64,000 nt of DNA from Bdellovibrionales bacterium (GTDB lineage: Bacteria; Bdellovibrionota; Bdellovibrionia; Bdellovibrionales; CAYMLA01): positions 1,361,430-1,425,429 of the forward strand of contig OZ244239.1 in the NCBI GenBank assembly GCA_965217115.1, written 5' to 3'. Positions within the stretch are counted from its first letter, which is position 1. Every line of letters starts with the position of its first letter. The position numbers and the translations under genes were made by a program. Below the pieces are notes generated by a model. The model made no database searches, was not told the DNA's origin, and saw nothing but the letters and a program-made list of their open reading frames with translations. Below, in pieces: positions 54,088 through 64,000 of this stretch.

Positions 54088-54331
54088 TTGTGCCCCCCTG
54101 TTACAACGGTGCGACAGAGCACCAGTCGAAGACCTTCTCTGGTCTTATTACTAGTAACAATACCGCGAAATCACTCTTGGGGAAACGTTTAGTCATAAAA
54201 CTAGTCTGAAAAGAAGAGGTTAAAGATAAAGAAGGTTTTTCGTATTGCTTAGGGGCTAGGTCAAATGGCAGTAGGGAATAAGAAATTTATCGACCAAGGT
54301 CTTGGAAACCCTAAAATCTCTTATATAAATC

Positions 54332-55603
54332 CTAAGCACTCTCTTCTTTGTCCTCGACTTCAGAGATCATTAGGGGGCGAGCGTTATTTTTAATAGCCTC
54401 TTCATTGACGATGACCTGCTTGATCTCTGGTTTCGACGGAATTTCAAACATAACATCAAGCATCGCCTCTTCAATAACTCCACGCAAACCACGGGCCCCA
54501 GTTTTACGCTTTAACGCCTCATGGGCAATCGCGCGAATAGCCCCATCTGTAAAGGTTAAATCCACGTCTTCATAGCTCAAAAGTTTTTTGTACTGCTTAA
54601 TCAAGGCATTTTTAGGACGAGTTAAAATATCCACTAAAGCATCTTCCTCTAAAGGGTCTAGAATTCCCACAACAGGTAGTCGACCAACAAACTCAGGAAT
54701 CAAACCAAAACGAGCCAAATCATCAGGTTCCAATTGATGCAGAATGTTTTCACAACTGTCATCCTTTTCCTTTTGAGTCTTTATGTTCGCAGCAATTCCC
54801 ATCGTTTTATTTGACACCCTCTTTTCAATAATTTTGTCCAAACCAACAAAAGCTCCACCAACAATGAATAATATTCCTGTCGTATCCACTTGAATAAATT
54901 CTTGCTGGGGATGTTTTCTTCCGCCTTTGGGGGGCAGACTAGCCATGGTTCCTTCCAGTATTTTCAACAATGCCTGTTGTACGCCCTCTCCACTCACATC
55001 GCGAGTGATCGAAGCATTTTCCGATTTACGAGTGATCTTATCGATCTCATCAATATAAATAATTCCCCTCTGGGTTTTTTCAACATCATAATCCGCGGCT
55101 TGTAACAAACCCAAAATAACATTTTCAACATCCTCTCCAACATACCCCGCTTCGGTTAGAGTCGTGGCGTCCGACATAGAAAATGGTACGTTCAAAATAC
55201 GCGCAATGGTCTGCGCCAATAATGTTTTACCTGACCCTGTTGGGCCAATAATCATAATATTACTTTTCTGTAATTCGATATCTTCTTTCTTAGAAATACT
55301 TAGAGCATTTATTCTTTTATAATGATTGTGCACTGCCACTGATAAGGATTTTTTTGCCTTCTTTTGACCAATGACATACTCATCCAAATGGTTCGATATA
55401 TCTACCGGTTTAGGGACAATCAACGAGCCTTTTAGGGTGCCTTCACGCTCCATTTCCTCATCAATAATATCATTACATAAGTCGATGCACTCATCACAAA
55501 TATAAACACCAGGGCCTGCGATCAGCTTCTTAACTTCTTTCTGGCTTTTACCACAGAAGCTACAACGAAGTGTTCCTGTTCCTATTGAATCTTTCTTGCT
55601 CAT
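54332..55603 (-). CDS. clpX: ATP-dependent Clp protease ATP-binding subunit ClpX
   Basis: Zinc finger [30 protein letters not shown], Walker A GPTGSGKT, and IGF-type loop region. Confidence 0.97.
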   Translation of the reverse strand: MSKKDSIGTGTLRCSFCGKSQKEVKKLIAGPGVYICDECIDLCNDIIDEEMEREGTLKGSLIVPKPVDISNHLDEYVIGQKKAKKSLSVAVHNHYKRINALSISKKEDIELQKSNIMIIGPTGSGKTLLAQTIARILNVPFSMSDATTLTEAGYVGEDVENVILGLLQAADYDVEKTQRGIIYIDEIDKITRKSENASITRDVSGEGVQQALLKILEGTMASLPPKGGRKHPQQEFIQVDTTGILFIVGGAFVGLDKIIEKRVSNKTMGIAANIKTQKEKDDSCENILHQLEPDDLARFGLIPEFVGRLPVVGILDPLEEDALVDILTRPKNALIKQYKKLLSYEDVDLTFTDGAIRAIAHEALKRKTGARGLRGVIEEAMLDVMFEIPSKPEIKQVIVNEEAIKNNARPLMISEVEDKEESA

Positions 55604-56214
55604 TAAATATTTCCTTTCGCAGATTTGCGGAATTCCACAATATTATCTATCAGTCCAAAATCCTTAGCTTCCTCAGCATTCATGAAATGATCACGATCCA
55701 AGGCTTGAGACAAGAAATCCTTGTCCTTACCCGTGTGGTGAGAATAAATTTCAAGAACTTTCTCCTTCAAAGACTTTAATTCCTTCGCCTGAATTTTAAT
55801 ATCAGAAGCCTGCCCCCCAATTCCCTGTCCATATACCATAGGCTGATGAACCATCACCCGGGAGTTAGGCATGCAATAACGCTTGCCTTTAGCTCCTGCC
55901 GCTAAAAGCAAGGACCCCATACTTGCTGCCATACCTACGCAATAGGTTGAAACATCACATTTTACGAACTGCATCATATCATAGACGGCCATTCCTGCAG
56001 AGAGACTTCCTCCTGGGCTATTTATGTATAAATGTATATCTTTTTCAGGGTTATCTACTTCCAAAAACAAAAATTGCGCTAAAATAGAATTTGCTACGTC
56101 ATCGGTTATCGGCGAACCAACAATGACAAGGCGATCTTTTAATAAACGAGAGTAAATATCATAGCTTCTCTCTCCCCTTGCTGTCTGCTCAATTACATAA
56201 GGCACCAACGTCAC
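55603..56214 (-). CDS. clpP: ATP-dependent Clp protease proteolytic subunit (canonical)
   Basis: [33 protein letters not shown] and MVHQP. GTG start after GAGGAG. The TAATG junction overlaps clpX by 1 nt. Confidence 0.95.
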   Translation of the reverse strand: MTLVPYVIEQTARGERSYDIYSRLLKDRLVIVGSPITDDVANSILAQFLFLEVDNPEKDIHLYINSPGGSLSAGMAVYDMMQFVKCDVSTYCVGMAASMGSLLLAAGAKGKRYCMPNSRVMVHQPMVYGQGIGGQASDIKIQAKELKSLKEKVLEIYSHHTGKDKDFLSQALDRDHFMNAEEAKDFGLIDNIVEFRKSAKGNI

Positions 56215-56483
56215 AAAAACTCCTCTTTTTTCAATAAGTTATTTGAGCTACTACTAAATCGTTAAATACCAATCGGATTTTTATGAAATGATCTTAAGTG
56301 ATGTTTTGGTGCGTAAGTTACCAAAATCTGAGAATTATTCCCATAAATCTAAGAAAAGACTACAATCAGTACCTTTGTCCTGTTACTACCTATCAGATCT
56401 TAACTTTAAGATTTTTTTAACTTATGTCGAAAAGCGGCTCGATTCAAAACCAGAATCGTAAATACTTATATATAGGAGGAAAC

Positions 56484-57995
56484 ATGACCTTATCGCTGTC
56501 ACTTGCAAAAAAAATTTCCAACACACCTAAACAGGTAGGCGTCATTTTTGTTCAGCAGGGAAACAATAAGCTTTCCATCAATTCAAGCCATCAACTCAAG
56601 GACGGCAAGAGATTGCTCTCTAAAATAAATAAATGTCAGCAAGAGGACCTTTTTTCAGGAAAGACCAATGAGACTCTTTTTTTTAGAGATGTGAATATTG
56701 CCGATTGCTCACATATTCTCTATATAGGAATTGGTAATAAAAAAGAACTCTCAGGAGAGACACTTAGACAGGTTTCAGCCACAATTCTACAGAGTTTCCA
56801 AGAAAATAAATATTCAAAAGGTGTTGTCTTCTTTGATACAATTCCTTTAAAAGACAAACTCAATAGCTTACAATCTCTTTCAGAGGGACTTGTCCTTAGC
56901 TCCTATGTTTTCGATGAATTAAAAGAAAAGCCTGAAAAAACAGTCAGCTTTCATATACAAATCTACTCATCGTCAAAAACAAAATCTCTAGAAAAAACTT
57001 TTGAATCTGGATCAATTATTGGTCAATTCGTAAATTTTTCTCGTCGTCTAGGAGACATGCCAGGCAATCGAATGACACCAACTATTTTGTCTAATGAAGT
57101 GACCAAAGCCGCTAAAGATATTTCTAAATTAAAAATCACTGTTTGGAATAAAGCTCGCATAAAAAAAGAAAAAATGAATTCGTTTCTCTCTGTCTCTCTA
57201 GGGAGCGCCCAAGAACCTAAAATGATTGTTATGGAATACAATGGTGCGGCCGCCTCTAAGAGACCCATCGCCTTTGTTGGAAAAGGGCTTACCTTTGATT
57301 GTGGGGGAATCAGTATAAAACCTTCGCCAAGAATGAGCGAGATGAAGTTTGACATGTGTGGGGGAGCCAATGTCATTGGAGCCGTTCTTGCCATTGCTAG
57401 TTTAAAGCTCAAAGTCAATATTCGCGCTTATATCCCCGCTTCTGAAAATATGCCTGGAGCTGCCGCCAATAAGCCGGGAGACATTGTTAGGGCTCGCAAC
57501 GGCAAAACCATTGAGATCAATAACACGGATGCTGAAGGTCGTCTTATTTTAGCAGATGCTCTCGTTTACGCCTGTGAACAAAAGCCACAAATGGTTGTCG
57601 ATGCAGCCACTCTTACAGGAGCGATGGTTGTCGCCTTGGGTAACACCCACACTGGTTTTTTCACCCATGATGATAAATTAGCAAAGAGAATCAATACAGC
57701 TGCTCAGCATTCGAAAGAACCTGTCTGGCGCATGCCCTTAGTGAAGCATCATTTAAATGATGTAAAAGGACATTACGCGGACCTTTCCAATATCTCATCA
57801 TTCGGGGGAGCTGGCAGCTCTACCGCCGCAGCCTTTTTATCCCAATTTGTAGATGAAAAAATCCCTTGGGCTCATTTTGATATTGCTGGAACTGGTTGGG
57901 ACATCGGTAATCGCTCTAACTACAATTCGAAAAAGGGAGCCAGTGGGTCCATGATTAGAACCTTCATTGAATTAGCTAAGAGTTTTTCCAATTAG
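56484..57995 (+). CDS. pepA: Leucyl aminopeptidase (M17)
   Basis: NTDAEGRLILADAL and VGKGLTFDCGG. The ATG at 56484 follows AGGAGG, so I prefer it to the track start at 56424. Confidence 0.92.
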   Translation: MTLSLSLAKKISNTPKQVGVIFVQQGNNKLSINSSHQLKDGKRLLSKINKCQQEDLFSGKTNETLFFRDVNIADCSHILYIGIGNKKELSGETLRQVSATILQSFQENKYSKGVVFFDTIPLKDKLNSLQSLSEGLVLSSYVFDELKEKPEKTVSFHIQIYSSSKTKSLEKTFESGSIIGQFVNFSRRLGDMPGNRMTPTILSNEVTKAAKDISKLKITVWNKARIKKEKMNSFLSVSLGSAQEPKMIVMEYNGAAASKRPIAFVGKGLTFDCGGISIKPSPRMSEMKFDMCGGANVIGAVLAIASLKLKVNIRAYIPASENMPGAAANKPGDIVRARNGKTIEINNTDAEGRLILADALVYACEQKPQMVVDAATLTGAMVVALGNTHTGFFTHDDKLAKRINTAAQHSKEPVWRMPLVKHHLNDVKGHYADLSNISSFGGAGSSTAAAFLSQFVDEKIPWAHFDIAGTGWDIGNRSNYNSKKGASGSMIRTFIELAKSFSN

Positions 57996-58020
57996 CATCG
58001 TCAGTGAGAGTTCTTGTGGG

Positions 58021-58695
58021 GTGTTAAAAGAGGATGATTCTATTCGAATGATGAAAAATCTCTGTGATATTTTATTGGTGCCTGATTCTCAGAGAGATCA
58101 GAAGTGGGAGAAAATCTTCTTCGATGCTTTTTTACAGTCAAAAGTAAATATTGTCTCGGAACAACCTCAGACAGGGCCTGATGGATGGCCTTATTTATTG
58201 GTTTCAACAGATGAAACAGCCAAAGAACCAACCTCTAAGCTATTGAGTTGGCTGAGTCAAAAAGGGGTTGGCTTGGTTGTAAACCCTCAAAAAGATTTTC
58301 CAGATTATATATTTACTTGGGGAATGATTTGGTATCAAAAGCATCGAGGATTATTTCAAGTTGATAAGACGATAGACTCCACGTCTAATCTTGTAACTGA
58401 TAATTGTGAGATTAAATTTGGTCCTCCCTCCAATGAGTATTTACCAATATTTGTACGTAAAATTATTAAGAAATTTTTGCTTGATCAGGGTATTTTAGAA
58501 CCTAGGTGGGTTATGGGAAGTGATCGTCGAGATTGCCATGATCTTTGTTTTTCTCTGGAATCTCTAGGAAACCCGATTGAGAGCGAACACAAGGGTATTG
58601 CTGAGGCTCTTTCGTGGTTTTTGCCTCAGCATTATTCTGTGGTTCTTGTGAGTGAATCTCAATTAATCAAGGTAAAATTCTTCGAATTTTTTTGA
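58021..58695 (+). CDS. Hypothetical protein (224 aa)
   Basis: Track ORF with no motif recognised. The start is uncertain (GTG at 58021 or ATG at 58048). Confidence 0.45.
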   Translation: MLKEDDSIRMMKNLCDILLVPDSQRDQKWEKIFFDAFLQSKVNIVSEQPQTGPDGWPYLLVSTDETAKEPTSKLLSWLSQKGVGLVVNPQKDFPDYIFTWGMIWYQKHRGLFQVDKTIDSTSNLVTDNCEIKFGPPSNEYLPIFVRKIIKKFLLDQGILEPRWVMGSDRRDCHDLCFSLESLGNPIESEHKGIAEALSWFLPQHYSVVLVSESQLIKVKFFEFF

Positions 58696-59937
58696 GAAGC
58701 TCTGTTGATATTTCTTAAGGGCTGAATCACACTTCTTAGTATCTTGATTTTCAAGAACGCCCATGGACTTATCTAAATAACACTTAATTAATTGTTTCCG
58801 ATTTTGCTCTTTCTCTGAGGAGAGTCCTTTGGTGAGAATATCTAAGGCTTGTGTTATGTTTTTATTGATCTCTACAGTTGGGAATCGGGCCTTTAAGTTT
58901 TTTAAATTTAAATTTGGAGAAGGTTTTGGGTTTTTTAGTTTTTGACTGATGTCATGATGCATTTTTACATACCAATAAAGAGCTTCAGGGGCTGCTTTTG
59001 AATAGGAGTAATTCTTAATGACTGTTTCTAGGCGCATTCTACAAGCGATGTAGTGATTGGCCGGGTCGGATTCTTTAGTAGATAAAGAAGAGAAAAACTC
59101 TGATAATGGTTTTTCCTTTGGGTTTGCAACGTTACAGTTAAACATGGCAACAGACAGGTCTCGATTAGCGAGTTCATTGGAAACGAAAAGAAGTAAAGGA
59201 TAGACATCTTTTTTATAGAAATCTGTTCCTTCGAAGTCTCTCTCTAAAAGACGAATTATTTCATAAGCGTCGTCAAGATAGTGAATAGTTCTCTTAACAC
59301 CTCTGTATTGTTGCAAAGAGTTTTTTACAGAGCCAATAAGAGCATTTGCCGATTTTTTAGGTTCGAATGTAGAAAAAACCTTGTAATAATGCAAAAGTAA
59401 TTTGCTGGAGTCCTTAAATGCGCCAATTTTTTGAGCTGATAATGAGGCTTTGAGAAGGGCCTCTTTGTAAATATGAGAGGCTTTTTTATTTGATAAAATA
59501 TTTTCGATCGTAAGATCGTTAGGAAAAATAGCGGCGTTCTCTTCTTCTGAAGAATAATTTAGTATAGTTGTTTTGTTGATGTTTTTAGAAAAAGGAATTT
59601 TGTTAATATTTTTGTGGAATTGTTTTTTAAGCGCCTTGATGGCCTCTACATGATAGTGAATAGCCTGACAGTGTTTTTTTTGGCTTAACAGAAAGGATTT
59701 TTTTTCTTGTTTGTTCAGTATTTCCTGTGCTTGTTTTTGTAGTAAAATACCTTGTTCTAGAAGAAACGAAGGAATCACTTGAGGAGCTAAATTGTGCGAT
59801 TCTATGCTGGGATTATCATCTTCACATTCAAAAATTGATTTTAAAGGTTCTATCAGATCAGTTAAGCGAGGAACTTCCTGACTGTAGGCATTGATTGTAC
59901 TAGCAAGAATAGTAATAAACGTGATGGATTTTAACAT
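58663..59937 (-). CDS. Hypothetical secreted protein (424 aa)
   Basis: Signal peptide MLKSITFITILASTINAYSQE, followed by a helical, Lys-rich sequence. Confidence 0.5.
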   Translation of the reverse strand: MLKSITFITILASTINAYSQEVPRLTDLIEPLKSIFECEDDNPSIESHNLAPQVIPSFLLEQGILLQKQAQEILNKQEKKSFLLSQKKHCQAIHYHVEAIKALKKQFHKNINKIPFSKNINKTTILNYSSEEENAAIFPNDLTIENILSNKKASHIYKEALLKASLSAQKIGAFKDSSKLLLHYYKVFSTFEPKKSANALIGSVKNSLQQYRGVKRTIHYLDDAYEIIRLLERDFEGTDFYKKDVYPLLLFVSNELANRDLSVAMFNCNVANPKEKPLSEFFSSLSTKESDPANHYIACRMRLETVIKNYSYSKAAPEALYWYVKMHHDISQKLKNPKPSPNLNLKNLKARFPTVEINKNITQALDILTKGLSSEKEQNRKQLIKCYLDKSMGVLENQDTKKCDSALKKYQQSFSKKFEEFYLD

Positions 59938-60163
59938 GAGAAGGGCTCCTTTTTGTAAAGGGTGATACTACAGAGTATAGCGAAAATTGTGCCAATATCA
60001 GCTCTGAATAAAATAGATTTTGATACGCAAGAGGCTGTTCAATTATCAGACAGAACAGCGAGCAGAGAGGACACACTCTAAATAGCCAGTATTTCTAATA
60101 ATTTAAGAGAGTCAATAAAATAGGCTGATTGACAAAATATGTAAGTCAATATTGGAGGGTCTG

Positions 60164-61054
60164 TCAGTCCCTTTCGCCAAATTTGAGCTTTTCTTTTAAA
60201 AGGTCAAAATAATTATGTTTGGGATTTCTGACGATCCAGTGAGGTTGGGAAGTTTTGCGTATGATGATCTGATCTCCAGCGCTAAGGTCAGAGATATTTT
60301 GTCCATCAATAATAAAACTGGCTTTCTGATTGGTGGGATTTAATGTGATCTCTATTTCCTGTTCATCAGAAAAAATAAGAGGTCTACTGGTTAAACTATG
60401 GGGACATATAGGGGTGAGAACAAAAGCGTCGACTTCAGGATGTAAGATAGGACCTCCAGCTGCTAAATTATAGGCAGTGGACCCTGTCGGACTAGCCACA
60501 ATAACTCCATCGGCTTTAATATCGAGAACAGGACGACGATTGCGACAGACGGCAACGTTGATTAAATGGCTAGAGGAGCCTCTTTCAATAACAACGTCAT
60601 TGAGAGCTAAGATTTTTTTTATTTTTCGGTTCTTTTTTTTGAGATTAACTTCCATCATAGAGCGGGCGCGTAGTTGCATTTTTCCCTTAAGGGTGTCCAG
60701 AACAGTTTGATGAAGGTTTTCCACTTTTGTTTGTGTAAGAAACCCTAGGGAGCCTAGGTTGAAACCTAAAATAGGAACAGGTCGTCCTTCGAGAAAACGA
60801 ATGGCTTCTAGATATGTCCCGTCACCACCGAGAACAACTATTAATGTTAACTGTTTGATGTTATTTTTAGTGACAGGTTTAGAGTGGGGAAGGTTGATCT
60901 GTTTAGGTGTATTGAAAATAGTAACATTCTGTTCGTTAAGCCATACACAGAATTCTTTAGCGACTTGTTCAGCACTAGGAGTGTTCTTGCGATAGATAAT
61001 AGCGACTTTGGCTTTGTTTAAGCTGATAGCTAGCTTTTTTATCTGAATTCCCAC
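60164..61054 (-). CDS. nadK: NAD kinase
   Basis: The GGDGT motif and the SPTGSTAYNLAAGGPI region. GTG start. Confidence 0.9.
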   Translation of the reverse strand: MGIQIKKLAISLNKAKVAIIYRKNTPSAEQVAKEFCVWLNEQNVTIFNTPKQINLPHSKPVTKNNIKQLTLIVVLGGDGTYLEAIRFLEGRPVPILGFNLGSLGFLTQTKVENLHQTVLDTLKGKMQLRARSMMEVNLKKKNRKIKKILALNDVVIERGSSSHLINVAVCRNRRPVLDIKADGVIVASPTGSTAYNLAAGGPILHPEVDAFVLTPICPHSLTSRPLIFSDEQEIEITLNPTNQKASFIIDGQNISDLSAGDQIIIRKTSQPHWIVRNPKHNYFDLLKEKLKFGERD

Positions 61055-61063
61055 GGTAGCACC

Positions 61064-63136
61064 TTATAAACTTAAAAGCCCTTCTCTTTTTAAGAGAGGC
61101 CCTACTTGAGGGTCTCGTCCACGAAACTTGCGATACAGAACATCAGGGGACTCAGTATTGCCCCGTGAAAGAATATTCTTTTTAAAGTTTTTGGCCGTCT
61201 CATGGTTAAAAACACCTTTTTCCTGGAAAAGAGCAAATGCATCTGCATCTAAGACTTCGGCCCATTTATAGCTATAATAACCAGAGGAGTAACCTCCAGC
61301 AAAAATATGGCTAAAACTCACCGAGAAGTTTGTATTTTCGATATAGGGAGTAAGGGTGGTTTTTAGACAGGTCTCTTTTTCAAATTCAACAACACTTTTA
61401 ATGTTGGATGGATCTGAGCTGTGCCAAGCCATATCTAAAAAACTAAAATTTAATTGCCTAAGGCCAAAATACCCTGCCTGAAACTGTTCTTGAGCTTTGA
61501 TTTTTTCAATAAGATCGTCAGAGATAAGTTCTCCGGTTTTGTAATGATGGGCGAAGAGTTCAAGAGCTGATTTTTCCTTCATCCAGTTTTCCATGATTTG
61601 GGATGGAAGTTCCACAAAATCCCAAAGAACATGGTTGCCACTAAGCGAGCAATATTGACACTGAGATAAAAGTCCATGGATGGCATGACCAAATTCATGG
61701 AACAGTGTTGTCGCCTCCTGAAAGGTGATGAGAGAGGGGGTTGTTTCCGTGGGTTTGGTGAAATTACAGACAATACTTGCGTGGGGGCGGCGGTCTTTAC
61801 CAAAAGAAAACCCCTGAGAGCGAAAACCGGTGGCCCAAGCGCCGTTCTGTTTTGTTGGGCGTGGAAAGAAGTCAGTGTAGAAGAGACCGATGTACTCAGA
61901 GGAGCTTTTATCTCTAACTTCGTAAACCTTCACATCCTTATGATAGACGGGGAGATCGGTGACTCTTGTAAACGAAAGGTCGTAGAGTTTTTCAGCCACT
62001 TGAAAAACTCCATTAAGAACATTTTCTAATTTAAAATAAGGTCTTAGAGTTTCGGAATTAAAGTTAAGCTTTTTTTCCTGTAATTTATTAGAGTAATAAC
62101 CAAAGTCCCAGGGGAAAATATCACCATCAGACCCATCTAATTCTTGACGAAATTTTTTAAGTTCATCGAGGTCCTTTTCGGCGGCAGGCTTATAGGTCTT
62201 GTAAAGGTTCTGCAGAAAAGATTGAACGGTTTTTGGATCTTTGGCCATACGCTCTTTAAGAACGAAGTCGGCATGGCTTTTATAGTCGAGAATTTGAGCC
62301 CTTTGGTGACGAAGGTTAACGATTTTCAGAATAATTTCTTGATTGTTGTAGGGGGCAGAAAAGGCGCGGCTAGAAAAAGCAAACCACATTTTTTTACGTA
62401 ACTTTTCGTTGTCGATGTATTTCATAAATGGAGTAAAGCTAGGAGACGCAAGAGTGAACAGCCACTTGTTGCTCTCGCCGTTTTCTTTGGCAGCTAAGGC
62501 CGCGGCGTCAATGGCAGAGTCGGGAAGTCCTTTCAAATCTTCTCGGCTATCGATCCATAGTTTAAAATCGTTTGTCGCCTTAAGAAGATTTTCGGAGTAT
62601 TTGGGGGCAAGAGCAGAGAGGTCTTTGTCGATTTGACGTATTTTTTCTTTGTCGTCAATGCTCAGTAAAGCTCCATTTCTAGAAAATGTGTTATATTGAT
62701 CTTCTAACAAACGTTTTTGTTCCAGATTAAGGTCTAAATCCTTCATTTGATCATAGGCTGTTTTGATTTTTTTAAAGAGATCAGAGTCTAGAGAGACATC
62801 ACTAGAAAATTCGGCGAGTTTAGCAGAGATAACGGGGGTCAGTTCTTGGATGTCCTCCGTGGCTTCAGCGTGATGAAGATTAAAAAACACTCCAGAGATG
62901 TAGTCTACTAGATCGGAGCTGGTCTCTAGGGCGAGAACTGTATTGGAAAAGCTGATAGGTTCGGTATTGTTTTTTATGAGAGCTATCTTTTCTTTAGAAT
63001 CTGCAATGGAAAATTCAAGGGCGGGTAGGAAATGATCATTTTTAATTTGATCAAACGGCACGGCCTGGTCACGAAGATTTGAGAGTTCAATAAGAGGATT
63101 GTTTTTTGGTTTTATGATTTTTTCTTTCATGCCCAT
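61064..63136 (-). CDS. M3-family zinc metallopeptidase (peptidyl-dipeptidase Dcp / oligopeptidase A-like)
   Basis: HEFGHAIH zinc site. The 690-aa length and overall M3A sequence style fit. Confidence 0.88.
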   Translation of the reverse strand: MGMKEKIIKPKNNPLIELSNLRDQAVPFDQIKNDHFLPALEFSIADSKEKIALIKNNTEPISFSNTVLALETSSDLVDYISGVFFNLHHAEATEDIQELTPVISAKLAEFSSDVSLDSDLFKKIKTAYDQMKDLDLNLEQKRLLEDQYNTFSRNGALLSIDDKEKIRQIDKDLSALAPKYSENLLKATNDFKLWIDSREDLKGLPDSAIDAAALAAKENGESNKWLFTLASPSFTPFMKYIDNEKLRKKMWFAFSSRAFSAPYNNQEIILKIVNLRHQRAQILDYKSHADFVLKERMAKDPKTVQSFLQNLYKTYKPAAEKDLDELKKFRQELDGSDGDIFPWDFGYYSNKLQEKKLNFNSETLRPYFKLENVLNGVFQVAEKLYDLSFTRVTDLPVYHKDVKVYEVRDKSSSEYIGLFYTDFFPRPTKQNGAWATGFRSQGFSFGKDRRPHASIVCNFTKPTETTPSLITFQEATTLFHEFGHAIHGLLSQCQYCSLSGNHVLWDFVELPSQIMENWMKEKSALELFAHHYKTGELISDDLIEKIKAQEQFQAGYFGLRQLNFSFLDMAWHSSDPSNIKSVVEFEKETCLKTTLTPYIENTNFSVSFSHIFAGGYSSGYYSYKWAEVLDADAFALFQEKGVFNHETAKNFKKNILSRGNTESPDVLYRKFRGRDPQVGPLLKREGLLSL

Positions 63137-63180
63137 CTTGTAGCATCAATTGCAGGGGCTGACTACTTAAAGGTGATCTC

Positions 63181-63723
63181 TTAGCGATAAAGACAAAGCC
63201 CCAAGTCTCCACCACCAATAGCGCGGCAATAGCCGTTAGACCCGCATGAATCAGATTGAATGACAAGACAGGTCTGAAGAACATCTTTGTTGCAAGCCCC
63301 CCGGTATTGAGAGGGGATGGCATTGTAGGATCTTGGTTGTGGGGCTGAGAAGGCATACTGTTGGTAGTTCCAGCCATATGAAAAATAGTGAGCATTTCTT
63401 GCTAACTGTGAGTGATTAATACAGGTGAGGCCTAAGTGATTGCTGTAGGCGACGGAATAGCCAGCTTGACACCCGCAAAAACCACTCTGATAGTTGTCAT
63501 AATAGCCAGTGTACTGGCCATTTGTATTTCGAGGATAATTGCGAAAGCCACCATTGTATTGACCTGAGTAAGTACAGTTATTCTGCCCATTAAGGCACCC
63601 TGAATTAGGAGTGAGAGCAATATCCTCACTTTTTGACGAGTCATTACTACAGCCCACGCTCAGAGTGGTAAAAAGAGCTAGAGAGACGATCGTAATAAGA
63701 GAAAGAGACATTTTTTTAATCAT
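63181..63723 (-). CDS. Cys-rich, G/N/Q/Y-rich exported protein or probable lipoprotein (180 aa)
   Basis: Signal peptide ending in LSVGCSND. The mature part has 12 Cys and low-complexity NGQY/GYY segments. Confidence 0.55.
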   Translation of the reverse strand: MIKKMSLSLITIVSLALFTTLSVGCSNDSSKSEDIALTPNSGCLNGQNNCTYSGQYNGGFRNYPRNTNGQYTGYYDNYQSGFCGCQAGYSVAYSNHLGLTCINHSQLARNAHYFSYGWNYQQYAFSAPQPRSYNAIPSQYRGACNKDVLQTCLVIQSDSCGSNGYCRAIGGGDLGLCLYR

Positions 63724-63910
63724 TTTTAAAACCTCAAATTAAGAGACAGTATCTATTAATATTTTTCGTTTCTAATGAAATGTGTTCAAAATACATGCCT
63801 ATAATTGTTAGTTCCAAGAGTGTTTTCTACGCAATAGAGCTTTGGAAAATACAAAAGATGACAATTAATGGCAAATGAAACAAAAAAAAGCCCTTTGTGA
63901 GCTTGTAGTT

Positions 63911-64000
63911 GGTTCTTTGTGATAAATAGTGGAACTGTTCCCAAGAGACTCATCTTGAGGGCTCTCTTTTAAAACTATCCATGGATAACAGCGTTGTTAC
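63911..64000. mobile_element. Left end of a second copy of the MITE-like element; runs off the right edge
   Basis: 63911..63949 matches 15658..15696 at 38 of 39 positions (ggttctttgtgataaatagtggaaYtgttcccaagagac). The following gggctctcttttaaaactatccatgg is a diverged version of the hairpin left arm. Confidence 0.45.

Noticed and set aside
54088-54331. 244-nt clpX-lon spacer and the clpP upstream region (56215..56330) as heat-shock (sigma-32) promoters or CIRCE elements
   Set aside because: I found only partial resemblance to CTTGAAA/CCCCATNT (e.g. cttaaga...ccgattgg) and no CIRCE-like TTAGCACTC inverted repeat. I cannot support the call without a local consensus.
58663-58695. 33-nt convergent overlap of the 3' ends of two hypothetical genes
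   Set aside because: Tail-to-tail overlaps of this size are common, and neither gene has a known function. Nothing further can be inferred.
1175-63644. Numerous track ORFs nested inside or antisense to well-supported genes. Examples: 1175..1381, 2281..2508, 2601..2936, 3443..3795, 4162..4434, 4537..5588, 7067..8389, 10080..10501, 18868..19308, 22538..22843, 23766..24029, 28993..29283, 31119..31394, 34322..34912, 37730..38032, 51767..53478, 57023..57418, 61579..62636, 63087..63644.
   Set aside because: Each one overlaps a longer ORF with clear family signatures or a better start context. All lack an RBS and recognisable motifs, so they are shadow ORFs.

Overview
This 64-kb window comes from an AT-leaning bacterial chromosome. 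The gene content looks Bdellovibrio-like or Oligoflexia-like, but that taxonomic guess is inference only. Most of the window is densely packed housekeeping sequence. On the minus strand it starts with rseP-cdsA-uppS-frr-pyrH-tsf-rpsB (1-5.5 kb), followed by priA and galU. Next come envelope genes: an M23 peptidase, a beta-barrel protein and a TonB-like protein. Further on are a second clpP next to a divergent adenosine-deaminase-like gene, a CDF exporter, a peroxiredoxin, Sua5/TsaC, a NupC-type transporter and lexA. A family-5 ABC importer that lacks ATPase genes is joined to a Puu-like gamma-glutamylation catabolic set (ALDH, GS-like, Fe-ADH, GATase1). After tig there is a split ArsA/Get3-like ATPase pair, translationally coupled to a CysZ/EI24-type membrane protein and followed by a rare-type gshA. 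The right end carries clpP-clpX-lon, pepA, nadK and an M3 peptidase. The accessory part lies at about 38.9-49.7 kb. It is an island that by eye is more AT-rich and that abuts the 3' end of tRNA-Val(UAC). It is filled with small signal-peptide or lipoprotein ORFs of unknown function, decayed paralog fragments and a serine-recombinase relic. It also holds a Cys-rich tandem-repeat protein bracketed by 77-bp direct repeats, and two paralogous scaffolds (regulator, leader and 3'UTR) that carry unrelated secreted cargo. The other non-genic structure is a nested inverted-repeat, partly tandem-duplicated MITE-like element at 15.66-16.09 kb, and the left end of a second copy of it appears at 63.91 kb. 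I saw no rRNA, CRISPR array, intact transposase or integrase, prophage, or recognisable defence system. I consider the island cassette architecture and the ArsA-pair/CysZ-like module the best candidates for something undescribed. Both are hypotheses drawn from sequence reading only.
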